DNA of 24,000 bases from Williamsia sp. DF01-3. Its GTDB lineage: Bacteria; Actinomycetota; Actinomycetes; Mycobacteriales; Mycobacteriaceae. Position numbers and translations under genes: made by a program. The notes beneath the pieces were generated by a model, which was given only the letters and a program-made list of their open reading frames with translations, searched no databases and was not told the DNA's origin. The first letter of the stretch is position 1, and every line of letters starts with the position of its first letter. The stretch lies in NCBI RefSeq assembly GCF_023051145.1, contig NZ_JALKFS010000005.1, positions 2,039,733 through 2,063,732 on the forward strand. Direction: 5' to 3'. Shown here in pieces: positions 7,313 to 15,296 of the stretch.

Positions 7313-8665
7313 GTGACCCGCCTGGTCAACAAGACCCCGCTGGTGATCGTGACCGGCTTCGACCGCGAGGCGACGGTACGCAGTGCGGAGGCGCTCGGCC
7401 TGCCGGGGACGACTGTGGTGCACCACGATCTAGGCCTGGTGGACGCCGGAACCATCGTCAGAACGGTCACCTCGATCGACTTCAACGGTGAAAAAATTTC
7501 GCGCACAACGCAAACCGCACTCGATCACGGATGTCTGTCGTGTGCCCTCCGCGAAGACGTGTTGCCCTTGCTGCGGGCCCTGCACCGCCGCTCCAACGTC
7601 GACCGGATCGTTCTGGCCCTCGACCCGGCCATCGAACCCGAACCCATGGCGTTTGCGATCGCCAGCACGGTCGTGTCCGGCGTCCCCGGTCAGGTCGACG
7701 GCCCGGCCGGTCTCGACGTGGAGATCGAGGCGGTCATCGGGTGCGTCAACGAAGGTGAATGGCTGCGCGACGCAACCGGCGACGAAACCCTCGACGAGGA
7801 CGATCGGTTCCAGACCGCCGACGACGAGCGGACCATCGCCCAGCTCGCGGTAGGGCACGTCGACTTCGCCGACGCCCTGGTGGTCCACGGGCAGGCTGAC
7901 AACGGATGGGCCGGGGCGCAACTGTTCGCCGTTCTCAAGCGGCTCAACCCGACAGCGCCCATCATCATGGAGCTGCCGAGGCGCCCGCTGACCGCCTCGA
8001 TCATGCGCAACCTGATCTCGGCCATCCCGCCCGGCGCGCGCCGCGGCCGGATCACCGGGCCGCACGACCCGCTGCTGCGTGGACAGCCGCCCCTCGATGC
8101 CGACTGTGGAGTCGCCGTGGTCGAGTTCCATGCCGATCGTCCGTTCCATCCGGAACGCTTGCACGACGCGATCGACATACTGCTCGACGGTGTTGTCGCC
8201 TCCCGCGGTCGGCTGTGGCTGGCCACCCAGCCCGACGAGGCGCTGTGGCTCGAGAGTGCGGGCGGGGGACTACGCATCGCAACCGGTGGCACCTGGCTCG
8301 CGGCGATGTCCGACGACGAGACCGCTGCCGCCGACCCAGAGCGCGTCGCGATGGCGTCGCTGCGCTGGCATCCCCTCTATGGCGACCGCAGCAGCTCCAT
8401 CGTGGCGATCTCGTACCGCGCCGAACCCGCGCGAATCCGGTGGGCGCTGAGCAGTGCACTGCTGACCGACGACGAGCTGTCGGAGGGTCAGCAGGGCTGG
8501 GATCGATTCACCGATCCGTTCGGCGTGGCCCACGCCGACCCCTGCCAGGACGTGCTCGACGAGCGCGCTCTGCTGGCGGGAACAGACCCACCCATCGAAT
8601 GGTTCAAGCAGGCAGAGGGCTCGGCTGGACAGCAGGCGAACCCGGAACGGAAGGACAAATCATGA
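7313..8665 (+). CDS. COG0523/CobW-like protein with a degenerate nucleotide-binding site and a CobW_C-like C-terminal domain (Mrf/Rv0106-like position)
   Basis: Track ORF of 450 aa starting at GTG, with RBS AGGAG 7 nt upstream. The N-terminus [16 protein letters not shown] stands where COG0523 proteins have V-x-V-L-TGFLGAGKTT. [10 protein letters not shown] stands in place of GCICC-x-LR-x-D. The C-terminus [60 protein letters not shown] is CobW_C-like. Its stop overlaps the rpmE2 ATG (ATGA). Confidence 0.8.
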   Translation: MTRLVNKTPLVIVTGFDREATVRSAEALGLPGTTVVHHDLGLVDAGTIVRTVTSIDFNGEKISRTTQTALDHGCLSCALREDVLPLLRALHRRSNVDRIVLALDPAIEPEPMAFAIASTVVSGVPGQVDGPAGLDVEIEAVIGCVNEGEWLRDATGDETLDEDDRFQTADDERTIAQLAVGHVDFADALVVHGQADNGWAGAQLFAVLKRLNPTAPIIMELPRRPLTASIMRNLISAIPPGARRGRITGPHDPLLRGQPPLDADCGVAVVEFHADRPFHPERLHDAIDILLDGVVASRGRLWLATQPDEALWLESAGGGLRIATGGTWLAAMSDDETAAADPERVAMASLRWHPLYGDRSSSIVAISYRAEPARIRWALSSALLTDDELSEGQQGWDRFTDPFGVAHADPCQDVLDERALLAGTDPPIEWFKQAEGSAGQQANPERKDKS

Positions 8666-8928
8666 AGGCGAACATCCACCCCGACTACCACCCGGTGATC
8701 TTCAAGGACTCGTCGACAGGCAAGGCGTTCCTGACCCGTTCCACACTGACGTCCGACGTCACTTTGGAATGGGAGGACGGTAACCGGTATCCTCTAGTGG
8801 TTGTCGATGTCACGTCCGACTCGCACCCGTTCTGGACTGGTGCGCAGCGCGTGATGGACACCGCAGGACGTGTGCAGAAGTTCGAACGCCGATACGGTCG
8901 CCGGACTCGCGCGAACCAGGGAACTTAA
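8662..8928 (+). CDS. rpmE2: 50S ribosomal protein L31 type B (cysteine-less)
   Basis: The in-frame ATG at 8662 lies inside track ORF 7906..8928. The product is [32 protein letters not shown]...[31 protein letters not shown]. This is the L31B pattern with no CxxC. Confidence 0.9.
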   Translation: MKANIHPDYHPVIFKDSSTGKAFLTRSTLTSDVTLEWEDGNRYPLVVVDVTSDSHPFWTGAQRVMDTAGRVQKFERRYGRRTRANQGT

Positions 8929-8951
8929 ACGAAGAAATGAAGGGCTGAATC

Positions 8952-9125
8952 ATGGCTGTACCGAAGCGCCGGATGTCGCGGTCGAATACTCGTAGCCGCC
9001 GTTCGCAGTGGAAAGCGGACAACCCCGCCTTGCAAGAGGTGAAGGTCGGTGGCGTCGCTCATCGCGTGCCCCGTCGCCTGGTCAAGGCGGTCAAGCTGGG
9101 CATCGTCGACCTCGACAAGCGCTAA
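8952..9125 (+). CDS. rpmF2: 50S ribosomal protein L32, cysteine-less paralogue (57 aa, below the track cutoff)
   Basis: My translation is [57 protein letters not shown]. It has the canonical L32 N-terminus [21 protein letters not shown] and no Cys. Confidence 0.85.
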   Translation: MAVPKRRMSRSNTRSRRSQWKADNPALQEVKVGGVAHRVPRRLVKAVKLGIVDLDKR

Positions 9126-9146
9126 CAGCCACATAGCCGACAACAG

Positions 9147-9183
9147 GGACTGGCCGTCGATCGACGGTCAGTCCTTTGTTGTG
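9147..9183 (+). terminator. Intrinsic terminator of the COG0523-rpmE2-rpmF2 operon
   Basis: Stem GGACTGGCCGTCGA / TCGACGGTCAGTCC, 14 bp with one G-U, around the palindrome CCGTCGATCGACGG. It is followed by TTTGTTGTG. Confidence 0.75.
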
Positions 9184-9251
9184 TCCGGAAGGTGCCTCGG
9201 AGAGCGTGGTGACTCGTTGGGGCCGCACAGATCGGGAACTGGGAGTCTGCG

Positions 9252-9872
9252 ATGCTGCAGGACGTCCTGAACTACGCCGGCGTTGCAGTGTTCGCCTGCT
9301 CAGGCGCACTGGTCGGCGTCCGCAAGGATTTTGATCTGTGGGGAATTCTCTCGATGGGTGCGGCTACGGGTGTCGGTGGCGGGATCGTGCGCGACCTCCT
9401 CCTCGGCATCACCCCGCCGACCTCGGTACAACACTGGCCCAACCTCACCATCGCCCTGATCGCCGGTCTGATCACCTTCTTCTTCCATCCGGCGTTCCGG
9501 GCGTTGTTCCCGGCCGTCCTGATGCTCGACGCGGTCGGGATGGGTGTGTTCGCGGTGTCGGGGGCGTTGTTGGCACTCGAACGAGACTCGAGTTCGATGG
9601 CTGCGGTGCTCATCGGTATCACCACCGCGGTGGGCGGTGGCGTGATCCGCGACGTGCTCGCCGGTGAGGTCCCGCTGTTGCTCCGACCTGCCGACCTCTA
9701 CGCGGTCCCTGCGATGTGCGGAGCGCTGGCGGTGGTGATCGCCGACGGCACAGGTCTGCCGATCTGGACCGGTCTGGTGGCGGGGGCAACCCTGGCCTTC
9801 CTGTTGCGCGTGGGAAGCCTGCGATTCCGATGGCGACTGCCGATGGCCCCGACGCGCCGGGTTGGAGGATGA
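9252..9872 (+). CDS. UPF0126 / TRIC-type (trimeric intracellular cation channel family) membrane protein
   Basis: Track ORF of 206 aa. It has two internal repeats, each with the signature G-x-GGG-[IV]-[IV]-RD-[LV]-L (GVGGGIVRDLLLG and AVGGGVIRDVLAG). SD GGGAG lies 6 nt upstream. Confidence 0.8.
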   Translation: MLQDVLNYAGVAVFACSGALVGVRKDFDLWGILSMGAATGVGGGIVRDLLLGITPPTSVQHWPNLTIALIAGLITFFFHPAFRALFPAVLMLDAVGMGVFAVSGALLALERDSSSMAAVLIGITTAVGGGVIRDVLAGEVPLLLRPADLYAVPAMCGALAVVIADGTGLPIWTGLVAGATLAFLLRVGSLRFRWRLPMAPTRRVGG

Positions 9873-9980
9873 GTTCGCGACGGGTACGAAGTCCGCGTGA
9901 GATGGCTCCAGAACAAGAAAACTGGCGCGTCGCAGGGGATTACTTAGCGCGCTCTCAGTCGTGGAAGTAAGACTGTTGTC

Positions 9981-10667
9981 ATGCGCATACTGGTTGTGGA
10001 CGACGATCGTGCCGTTCGCGAGTCTCTGCGCCGGTCCCTGACGTTCAACGGGTACACGGTGCTCACGGCGGGGGATGGCGTCGAAGCCCTCGAAAAGATC
10101 AATTCCGACCGTCCCGAGGCGGTGGTGCTCGACGTCATGATGCCGCGCCTCGACGGGCTCGAGGTGTGCCGTCGCCTCCGCAGCACCGGCGACGATCTCC
10201 CCATCCTGGTCCTCACCGCTCGTGACTCGGTGTCCGAGCGGGTCGCCGGACTCGATGCGGGCGCTGATGACTACCTGCCCAAACCATTTGCGCTCGAAGA
10301 GCTGCTCGCACGTCTGCGGGCCCTTATGCGCCGCGCGACAGCCGAACCGCTACCGGACTCGGAGGCGATGACCTTCGAGGACCTCACGATGGATCCGGTC
10401 ACTCGCGACGTCACCAGAGGCGAGCGCCCGATCAGTTTGACCCGCACCGAGTTCGCCCTGCTGGAGATGCTGATGGCCAATCCGCGCCGTGTGCTCACCC
10501 GTAGCCGCATCCTCGAGGAGGTCTGGGGTTACGACTTCCCGACGTCGGGCAACGCACTCGAGGTGTACGTGGGATACCTCCGGCGCAAGACCGAGGCCGA
10601 AGGCGAGTCGCGCCTCATCCACACCGTGCGGGGCGTGGGATACGTCCTGCGGGAGACCCCTCCGTAA
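9981..10667 (+). CDS. mprA: OmpR-family response regulator MprA
   Basis: The receiver domain begins [20 protein letters not shown] and includes DVMMPRLDG. The C-terminus is a winged helix ([34 protein letters not shown]...VRGVGYVL). The context mprA-mprB-pepD-moaB2 matches Rv0981-Rv0984. Confidence 0.9.
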   Translation: MRILVVDDDRAVRESLRRSLTFNGYTVLTAGDGVEALEKINSDRPEAVVLDVMMPRLDGLEVCRRLRSTGDDLPILVLTARDSVSERVAGLDAGADDYLPKPFALEELLARLRALMRRATAEPLPDSEAMTFEDLTMDPVTRDVTRGERPISLTRTEFALLEMLMANPRRVLTRSRILEEVWGYDFPTSGNALEVYVGYLRRKTEAEGESRLIHTVRGVGYVLRETPP

Positions 10668-10670
10668 ATC

Positions 10671-12185
10671 GTGAGCTTCTATCACCGTCACCCGCCGGTC
10701 CCCGGCGAAGCCCCGCCGGTAGGCGTGGTGACCGCACAGCGGCCCACACAGATGGCTTCGGCCCCGGATCTGCCCCGGCAGATGCGAAAGCCGACGCCGC
10801 TGACCCGGACCATCTCGCTGCGTTGGCGCATCACGATCCTGTCTGCCACGGTGGTGGGTATCGCGGTTGCCGTGATGGCTGCCGCGGCTTTTGCGGTCGT
10901 CTACCGGGCGATGTACGCCGACGTCGATTCGCAGCTCACCAACCGGGCCAACGGGATGACCGAACTGGCCCGGATCGGGGTCCTCGACGACTCGCCCGAA
11001 TCGCTGGTTGCCGGCACGGTGTTCTCCACGGACATGTCGGTGGCCCTGGTGATGCCCGGGGGCCGTGGCTTTCAGATCGGTGGCGTTCCCTACGGCGAGT
11101 CCGAACGCGATGTGGTGGACGGGAAAGCGGAGTCGTCGCTGCGGACCGCGAAGAATCAGCGGGTGCTTGCCCGCAAGCTCAACGACGGCAACACCCTGAT
11201 CATCTCGCAGAGCCTTCGCGACACCGACGACGTGCTGCATCGATTGGCCTGGGTGCTGGGGGTGATCGGTGGCTGCGGGATCATCCTGGCCGCGGTCGCC
11301 GGAACGACCGTGGCGCGTGCCGGACTGCGGCCGGTCGCGCGGTTGACCCGGGCCGCCGAGCGGGTGGCGCGCACGGACGACCTCACGCCCATCCCGGTCA
11401 TCGGCAACGACGAATTGGCCAGGCTCACCGAGAGTTTCAACCTGATGCTGCGGGCGCTTGCCGAGTCGCGAGACCGGCAGAGCCGGCTCGTCGCGGACGC
11501 CGGCCACGAATTGCGCACGCCGCTGACGTCATTGCGCACGAATCTGGAGTTGATGATCGCGTCGAGCCAGCCGGGTGCGCGGGCGGTGCCCGAATCAGAC
11601 ATGGCCGAGCTGCGAACGGACGTGATGGCCCAGATCGAAGAACTCTCCACGCTCGTGGGCGATCTCGTAGATCTCGCACGTGAAGATGCGCCCGAGGTGG
11701 TGCACGAAGAGGTCGACCTCTCCGAGGTGGTGGACCGCTCTCTCGAGCGTGTCCGCCGCCGGCGCAGCGACGTCGACTTCGAAGTCCACGTGACGCCCTG
11801 GTTTGTCTTCGGTGAGAGTGCCGGGTTGTCGCGCGCCGTGCTCAACGTGCTCGACAACGCGGCGAAGTGGAGTCCGCCCGGCCGGCCCGTGGAGGTACGG
11901 CTGGCTCAGATCGAGCCTGATCGCGCGATTCTGACCGTTGCCGACGCCGGCCCCGGTATCCCTCCCGAAGACCGGCAACTGGTCTTCGAGAGGTTCTACC
12001 GGTCCACCGCGTCCCGATCCATGCCCGGCTCGGGGCTGGGGCTGGCGATAGTCCGTCAGGTGGTGGACCGCCATGGCGGCACGGTGACCGCCGGTCAGTC
12101 CGAACTCGGAGGCGCCCTGGTGACGATCAGCCTTCCCGGGTCGCCGGTACCGGCCGAGATCGCGCCCCAGGTGGTCCAGCAATAG
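10671..12185 (+). CDS. mprB: Sensor histidine kinase MprB
   Basis: 504 aa with two TM segments, a HAMP region, the H-box ADAGHELRTPLTSL, the N box VLDNAAKWSP, and G boxes DAGPGI and GSGLGLAIV. It starts 3 nt after the mprA stop. Confidence 0.9.
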   Translation: MSFYHRHPPVPGEAPPVGVVTAQRPTQMASAPDLPRQMRKPTPLTRTISLRWRITILSATVVGIAVAVMAAAAFAVVYRAMYADVDSQLTNRANGMTELARIGVLDDSPESLVAGTVFSTDMSVALVMPGGRGFQIGGVPYGESERDVVDGKAESSLRTAKNQRVLARKLNDGNTLIISQSLRDTDDVLHRLAWVLGVIGGCGIILAAVAGTTVARAGLRPVARLTRAAERVARTDDLTPIPVIGNDELARLTESFNLMLRALAESRDRQSRLVADAGHELRTPLTSLRTNLELMIASSQPGARAVPESDMAELRTDVMAQIEELSTLVGDLVDLAREDAPEVVHEEVDLSEVVDRSLERVRRRRSDVDFEVHVTPWFVFGESAGLSRAVLNVLDNAAKWSPPGRPVEVRLAQIEPDRAILTVADAGPGIPPEDRQLVFERFYRSTASRSMPGSGLGLAIVRQVVDRHGGTVTAGQSELGGALVTISLPGSPVPAEIAPQVVQQ

Positions 12186-12253
12186 GTTCTGATCGAGCGG
12201 TGTCGGGGGGTGTCGAGCGTTCGGCGGTCGTTCGAAGGGTCTGACTTCTCTGT

Positions 12254-12277
12254 CCGTCGATCGACGGCTTTGTTTGG
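12254..12277 (+). terminator. Weak terminator-like element downstream of mprB
   Basis: The palindrome CCGTCGATCGACGG is identical to the core of the rpmF2 terminator. It is followed directly by CTTTGTTTGG. Confidence 0.4.
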
Positions 12278-12321
12278 CGAAGTCCCTGCGGGGAACAATG
12301 AAGGGGAAACAAACAGCACTG

Positions 12322-12340
12322 TCTCAGCCCCGTCTCAGGC
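12322..12340 (+). promoter_or_regulatory. MprA box (tandem direct repeat) upstream of pepD
   Basis: TCTCAGCC-ccg-TCTCAGGC is two 8-bp direct repeats separated by 3 nt, 86 nt upstream of ATG 12426. This matches the architecture reported for M. tuberculosis MprA boxes upstream of mprA and pepD. Confidence 0.65.
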
Positions 12341-12425
12341 CGACACAGCAAGGTATTCCTCAGTGCCGGTAAATGTTGCGGCATCGGGGAGCGCAGGGTG
12401 CGCCTGGCAGAAAGCAAAAATCGAC

Positions 12426-14024
12426 ATGGTCGGCAGCAACGATGACGAGCGCGGGTCGAACCGCGACACCAGTTCCTTTCCGCGGGAGGGCTTCTCGCAA
12501 TCACCGGGACAACCGCATCCCAGCGGGTCCGCTGATCGGCCGGACGGGCCGAGCAACGCCGGACCGCAGGACAACCCCTATGGGCGAACCTCGGCGTTCG
12601 AGCCCCGGCAGCAGGATTCCTCGGGTGAGCAGACGGCTCAATTCGGTACCTCCGGCATGAACGGACCTTCCGGCCCCTTCGGGCAAACTTCGGAGGGCGC
12701 ATCCACCAGTCGTGGTCCGGGTGGTTACGGCTATGGCGCTCAACCTGATCCGTATGCTCCGTCCGGGCGATTCGCCCAGCCGAACCCGTATGGGGCCTAC
12801 GCCCACGGCGGTGGGACGGGTACCAACCCCACCAGTCAGATCCCGGCCCCTGGGGCCGGACAGAACCCGTACGGGAGCTCGCCGCAGCAGTTCGGCTCCC
12901 CACCGCCCGCACGTAGCGGGCGTTCGGGTGGAGCCAAAGCCGGATTGGCGGCTGCCGCAATCGCTTTGGTTCTCGTCGGCGGCGGCATCGGAGGAGTAGT
13001 CGGCGCCAACGTGGCCGACGATTCATCGGGATCGAGGTCAACGACCAGCGAGAGTGTGCTCGGTGGCGACCGCGACAACAGTCAACCGGTCCAGGCCCCC
13101 GCCGGCTCGACCCAGGAAGTCGCGGAAAAGGTCACCCCGTCGGTCGTGTCGATCGAGGTGGAGGGCAGCCAGGCGTCCGGGTCGGGCTCCGGCATCGTGC
13201 TCACCGCGGACGGCACCATCATGACCAACAACCACGTGGTCGCCGGTGCGGGCAACAATCCGGACCTCACGGTCACCTTCAGTGACGGCAGCACGGCAGC
13301 CGCACAGATCGTGGGCGCCGACCCGATCTCCGACATCGCCGTGATCAAGGTTGACAAGTCCGGCCTCACCCCGATCGCCGTCGGTCGCTCCGACAATCTT
13401 GTGGTCGGTCAGGAGGTCATCGCGATCGGGTCGCCGCTCGGGCTGAACGGCACGGTCACCACCGGAATCATCAGCGCACTCAACCGTCCGGTGTCCACAC
13501 AGGGTGAGCAGGGCGGCCAGGCGTCGGTGATGGATGCCATCCAGACCGACGCGGCGATCAATCCGGGCAACTCCGGTGGCGCACTGGTCAACGCCAACGG
13601 CGCCCTCATCGGCGTCAACACTGCGATCGCCAGCCTCTCCCAGGGAGAGACCGGCGGCAGCATCGGCCTCGGATTCGCCATCCCGGTAGACCAGGCGATG
13701 CGCATTGCTGACGAGCTCGAGAAGACCGGTAAGGCAACACAGGCGGGGCTCGGCGTCACAGTGCGGTCGGGGGCACCGTCAGCTGACAGCCCCGGCGCGC
13801 TGATCAACGAGGTGACGTCAGGCGGAGCCGCCGCGAAGGCGGGCATCCCGAGTGGTGCGCTGGTCACCAAGGTCGACGATCGTGTGATCGCTTCCGGGGA
13901 CGCCCTGATCGCGGCGGTGCGGTCGCACGCTCCGGGCGACCAGGTGACCATCACATACGTCACCAACGGACAGACAAAGACCGCGCAGGTCACCCTCGAC
14001 ACCCTGGACACCGGAGGACGCTAG
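12426..14024 (+). CDS. pepD: HtrA-like secreted/membrane serine protease PepD (trypsin-like domain plus PDZ)
   Basis: Track ORF 12210..14024. I chose the start at ATG 12426 because the MprA box and low-GC3 sequence lie upstream. It has a low-complexity Pro/Gly/Gln N-terminus, a TM segment (AGLAAAAIALVLVGGGIGGVV), the catalytic motifs TNNHVV, SDIAVI and GNSGGAL, and a C-terminal PDZ domain. Confidence 0.85.
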   Translation: MVGSNDDERGSNRDTSSFPREGFSQSPGQPHPSGSADRPDGPSNAGPQDNPYGRTSAFEPRQQDSSGEQTAQFGTSGMNGPSGPFGQTSEGASTSRGPGGYGYGAQPDPYAPSGRFAQPNPYGAYAHGGGTGTNPTSQIPAPGAGQNPYGSSPQQFGSPPPARSGRSGGAKAGLAAAAIALVLVGGGIGGVVGANVADDSSGSRSTTSESVLGGDRDNSQPVQAPAGSTQEVAEKVTPSVVSIEVEGSQASGSGSGIVLTADGTIMTNNHVVAGAGNNPDLTVTFSDGSTAAAQIVGADPISDIAVIKVDKSGLTPIAVGRSDNLVVGQEVIAIGSPLGLNGTVTTGIISALNRPVSTQGEQGGQASVMDAIQTDAAINPGNSGGALVNANGALIGVNTAIASLSQGETGGSIGLGFAIPVDQAMRIADELEKTGKATQAGLGVTVRSGAPSADSPGALINEVTSGGAAAKAGIPSGALVTKVDDRVIASGDALIAAVRSHAPGDQVTITYVTNGQTKTAQVTLDTLDTGGR

Positions 14025-14216
14025 ACCGTGAAACACATCGACGATCACATTGGTACCCGACTGCGGGCAGTCATCCCCATCCCGACCGATAGAGTTCCTG
14101 ACGGAGATGGTGCCATCTCAGTCCTGGGTATCGGCGAGGCAGATGTCGTCGCCGCGGACGCCGCGGCGGAACAGCTCGCCGTCCGCACAGGGGAGATCGA
14201 AGCGGAAGGACAGCGC

Positions 14217-14717
14217 ATGAGGTCACTGAACTTGGCCGAAGAGGATCTGGGTCGGGCACTGGTGGTGATCGTCGATGACCGGGCTGCCCACGGTGAGGAC
14301 CAGGCCTTGATCGGCCCACTGGTGGGGGAGTTGCTCGAAGAAGCCGGTTTCCACGTCGACGCGGTGGTGGCGGTGGAGTCCGACGAGGTGGAGATCCGCA
14401 ACGCCCTCAACACCGCGGTCATCGGTGGTGTGGACTTGGTGATCTCGGTCGGCGGCGTCGGAGTCGGTGGTCGCGATGTGACTCCCGAGGCGACCGCGGA
14501 TCTGCTCGACCGCAAACTGCCGGGTATCGAAGAGGCTTTGCGCAGTTCCGGATTGGCTGCCGGTGCGATGGATGCCGGGCTGTCACGCGGGCTTGCGGGT
14601 GTCTCGGGGCAGACGATTGTCGTCAACTTGGCCAATTCGCGGGCCGCCGTTCGTGACGGCATGGCCACCATCACCCCGATGGCGAAACACCTGATCTCGT
14701 CGATCAGCAACTTCTGA
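14217..14717 (+). CDS. moaB2: MoaB/MogA-family molybdenum cofactor biosynthesis protein MoaB2
   Basis: Track ORF 14028..14717. I prefer ATG 14217 (RBS GGAAGGA 6 nt upstream) because codon third-position GC is clearly lower in 14028-14216. Motifs: GRALVVIVDDRAAHGED, AVIGGVDLVISVGGVGVGGRDVTPEA, GLSRGLAGVSGQTIVVNL. Confidence 0.8.
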   Translation: MRSLNLAEEDLGRALVVIVDDRAAHGEDQALIGPLVGELLEEAGFHVDAVVAVESDEVEIRNALNTAVIGGVDLVISVGGVGVGGRDVTPEATADLLDRKLPGIEEALRSSGLAAGAMDAGLSRGLAGVSGQTIVVNLANSRAAVRDGMATITPMAKHLISSISNF

Positions 14718-14726
14718 TCGGGTCTG

Positions 14727-14912
14727 ATGAGCGACTCGAAAGACCGGACGCGAACCAAGACTCGTGCTGAATTAGAGAAGGTTTTTGGCGAGGATTTGCC
14801 CGTGACCAGCAGCGATGAGCGCCCGATCGGTCGAAGTGATGAAGGTCACAGTAACGTCGATATGCGCGGGGACGAATGGTTTATCGAGAATCGCCCGCCA
14901 CATCACGGCTGA
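14727..14912 (+). CDS. Small hydrophilic hypothetical protein (61 aa) ending ...DEWFIENRPPHHG
   Basis: Track ORF, highly charged. Its C-terminal acidic-W/L-x3-R-PPHH motif resembles small conserved actinobacterial proteins as I remember them. There is no clear SD, and GC3 is only about 60 percent, below neighbouring genes. Confidence 0.35.
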   Translation: MSDSKDRTRTKTRAELEKVFGEDLPVTSSDERPIGRSDEGHSNVDMRGDEWFIENRPPHHG

Positions 14913-14953
14913 ATCGCGATTAGGTCACGGCCCGGTTCCTGGGCTTTCCTGAT

Positions 14954-14993
14954 AATTCACTGAATTCTCTGCAAGATCGAGAATGAATAATTC
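14954..14993. promoter_or_regulatory. Two AT-rich 13-bp palindromes in the long porin upstream region
   Basis: AATTCAcTGAATT (14954-14966, perfect 6-1-6) and GAATGAaTAATTC (14981-14993, one mismatch), with centres 27 bp apart. They lie in the most AT-rich part of the window. Confidence 0.35.
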
Positions 14994-15296
14994 GCTTCGG
15001 CGAACTCTCCCTTTCAGGACACGACTGCTGCCAACCGTTGCCCGCACCTGTTCCTGGGGCTAACGTTCCGCTCGATACGGCCAGAACCAGTGCGGGGGTT
15101 GGGCGTATCCCGTGCGACGTCCCCAATGGCGACCGCGGTGTGGGCAAGGTGTTCGGCCGAGATTTACCTACTGGAAACTGCGGGCATACAAGCCCGTTGA
15201 TTGCCCCGGTAGAAGATTCCGCTGAACCTTTTGGCCACTTCGAGCTCACGATTTGGTTGAGCTTGGATTACACAGCAATCCTGTGAGAGGGAACGA

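Noticed and set aside
7906-8661. The 5' part of track ORF 7906..8928 (340 aa).
   Set aside because: It is an out-of-frame overlap with the COG0523-like gene and Arg-rich nonsense. Only the part from ATG 8662 (L31 type B) is a real gene.
9184-9251. A possible glycine riboswitch upstream of the UPF0126/TRIC gene, suggested by CTCGGAGAG and CCGGAAGGTGC resembling conserved glycine-aptamer strings.
   Set aside because: The elements are in the wrong order. Only 68 nt lie between the rpmF2 terminator and the start codon. The ACCGAAGGGGCAA and CTCAGGCAAAAGGAC cores are absent.
9577-9597. TCGAAC-N9-GTTCGA inside the UPF0126 gene, as a possible second SOS box.
   Set aside because: The spacer is 9 nt rather than 4, and it lies inside a coding region.
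9953-9971. TCTCAGTC-gtg-GAAGTAAG as a full MprA box for mprA autoregulation.
   Set aside because: Only the first 8-mer resembles the box. The site ends 10 nt before the ATG, leaving no room for a downstream promoter. It is kept only as a half-site note under the MprA finding.
12210-12425. The long N-terminal extension of pepD from the first possible start.
   Set aside because: The region contains a terminator-like element and the tandem MprA box. It has poor coding-like composition, so the start was moved to ATG 12426.
14028-14216. The N-terminal extension of moaB2 from GTG 14028.
   Set aside because: Third-position GC (about two thirds by my count) is well below neighbouring genes and rare codons (AGA, GGA) occur. 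The MoaB core begins right after ATG 14217, which has a good RBS. The extension is not excluded, only less likely.
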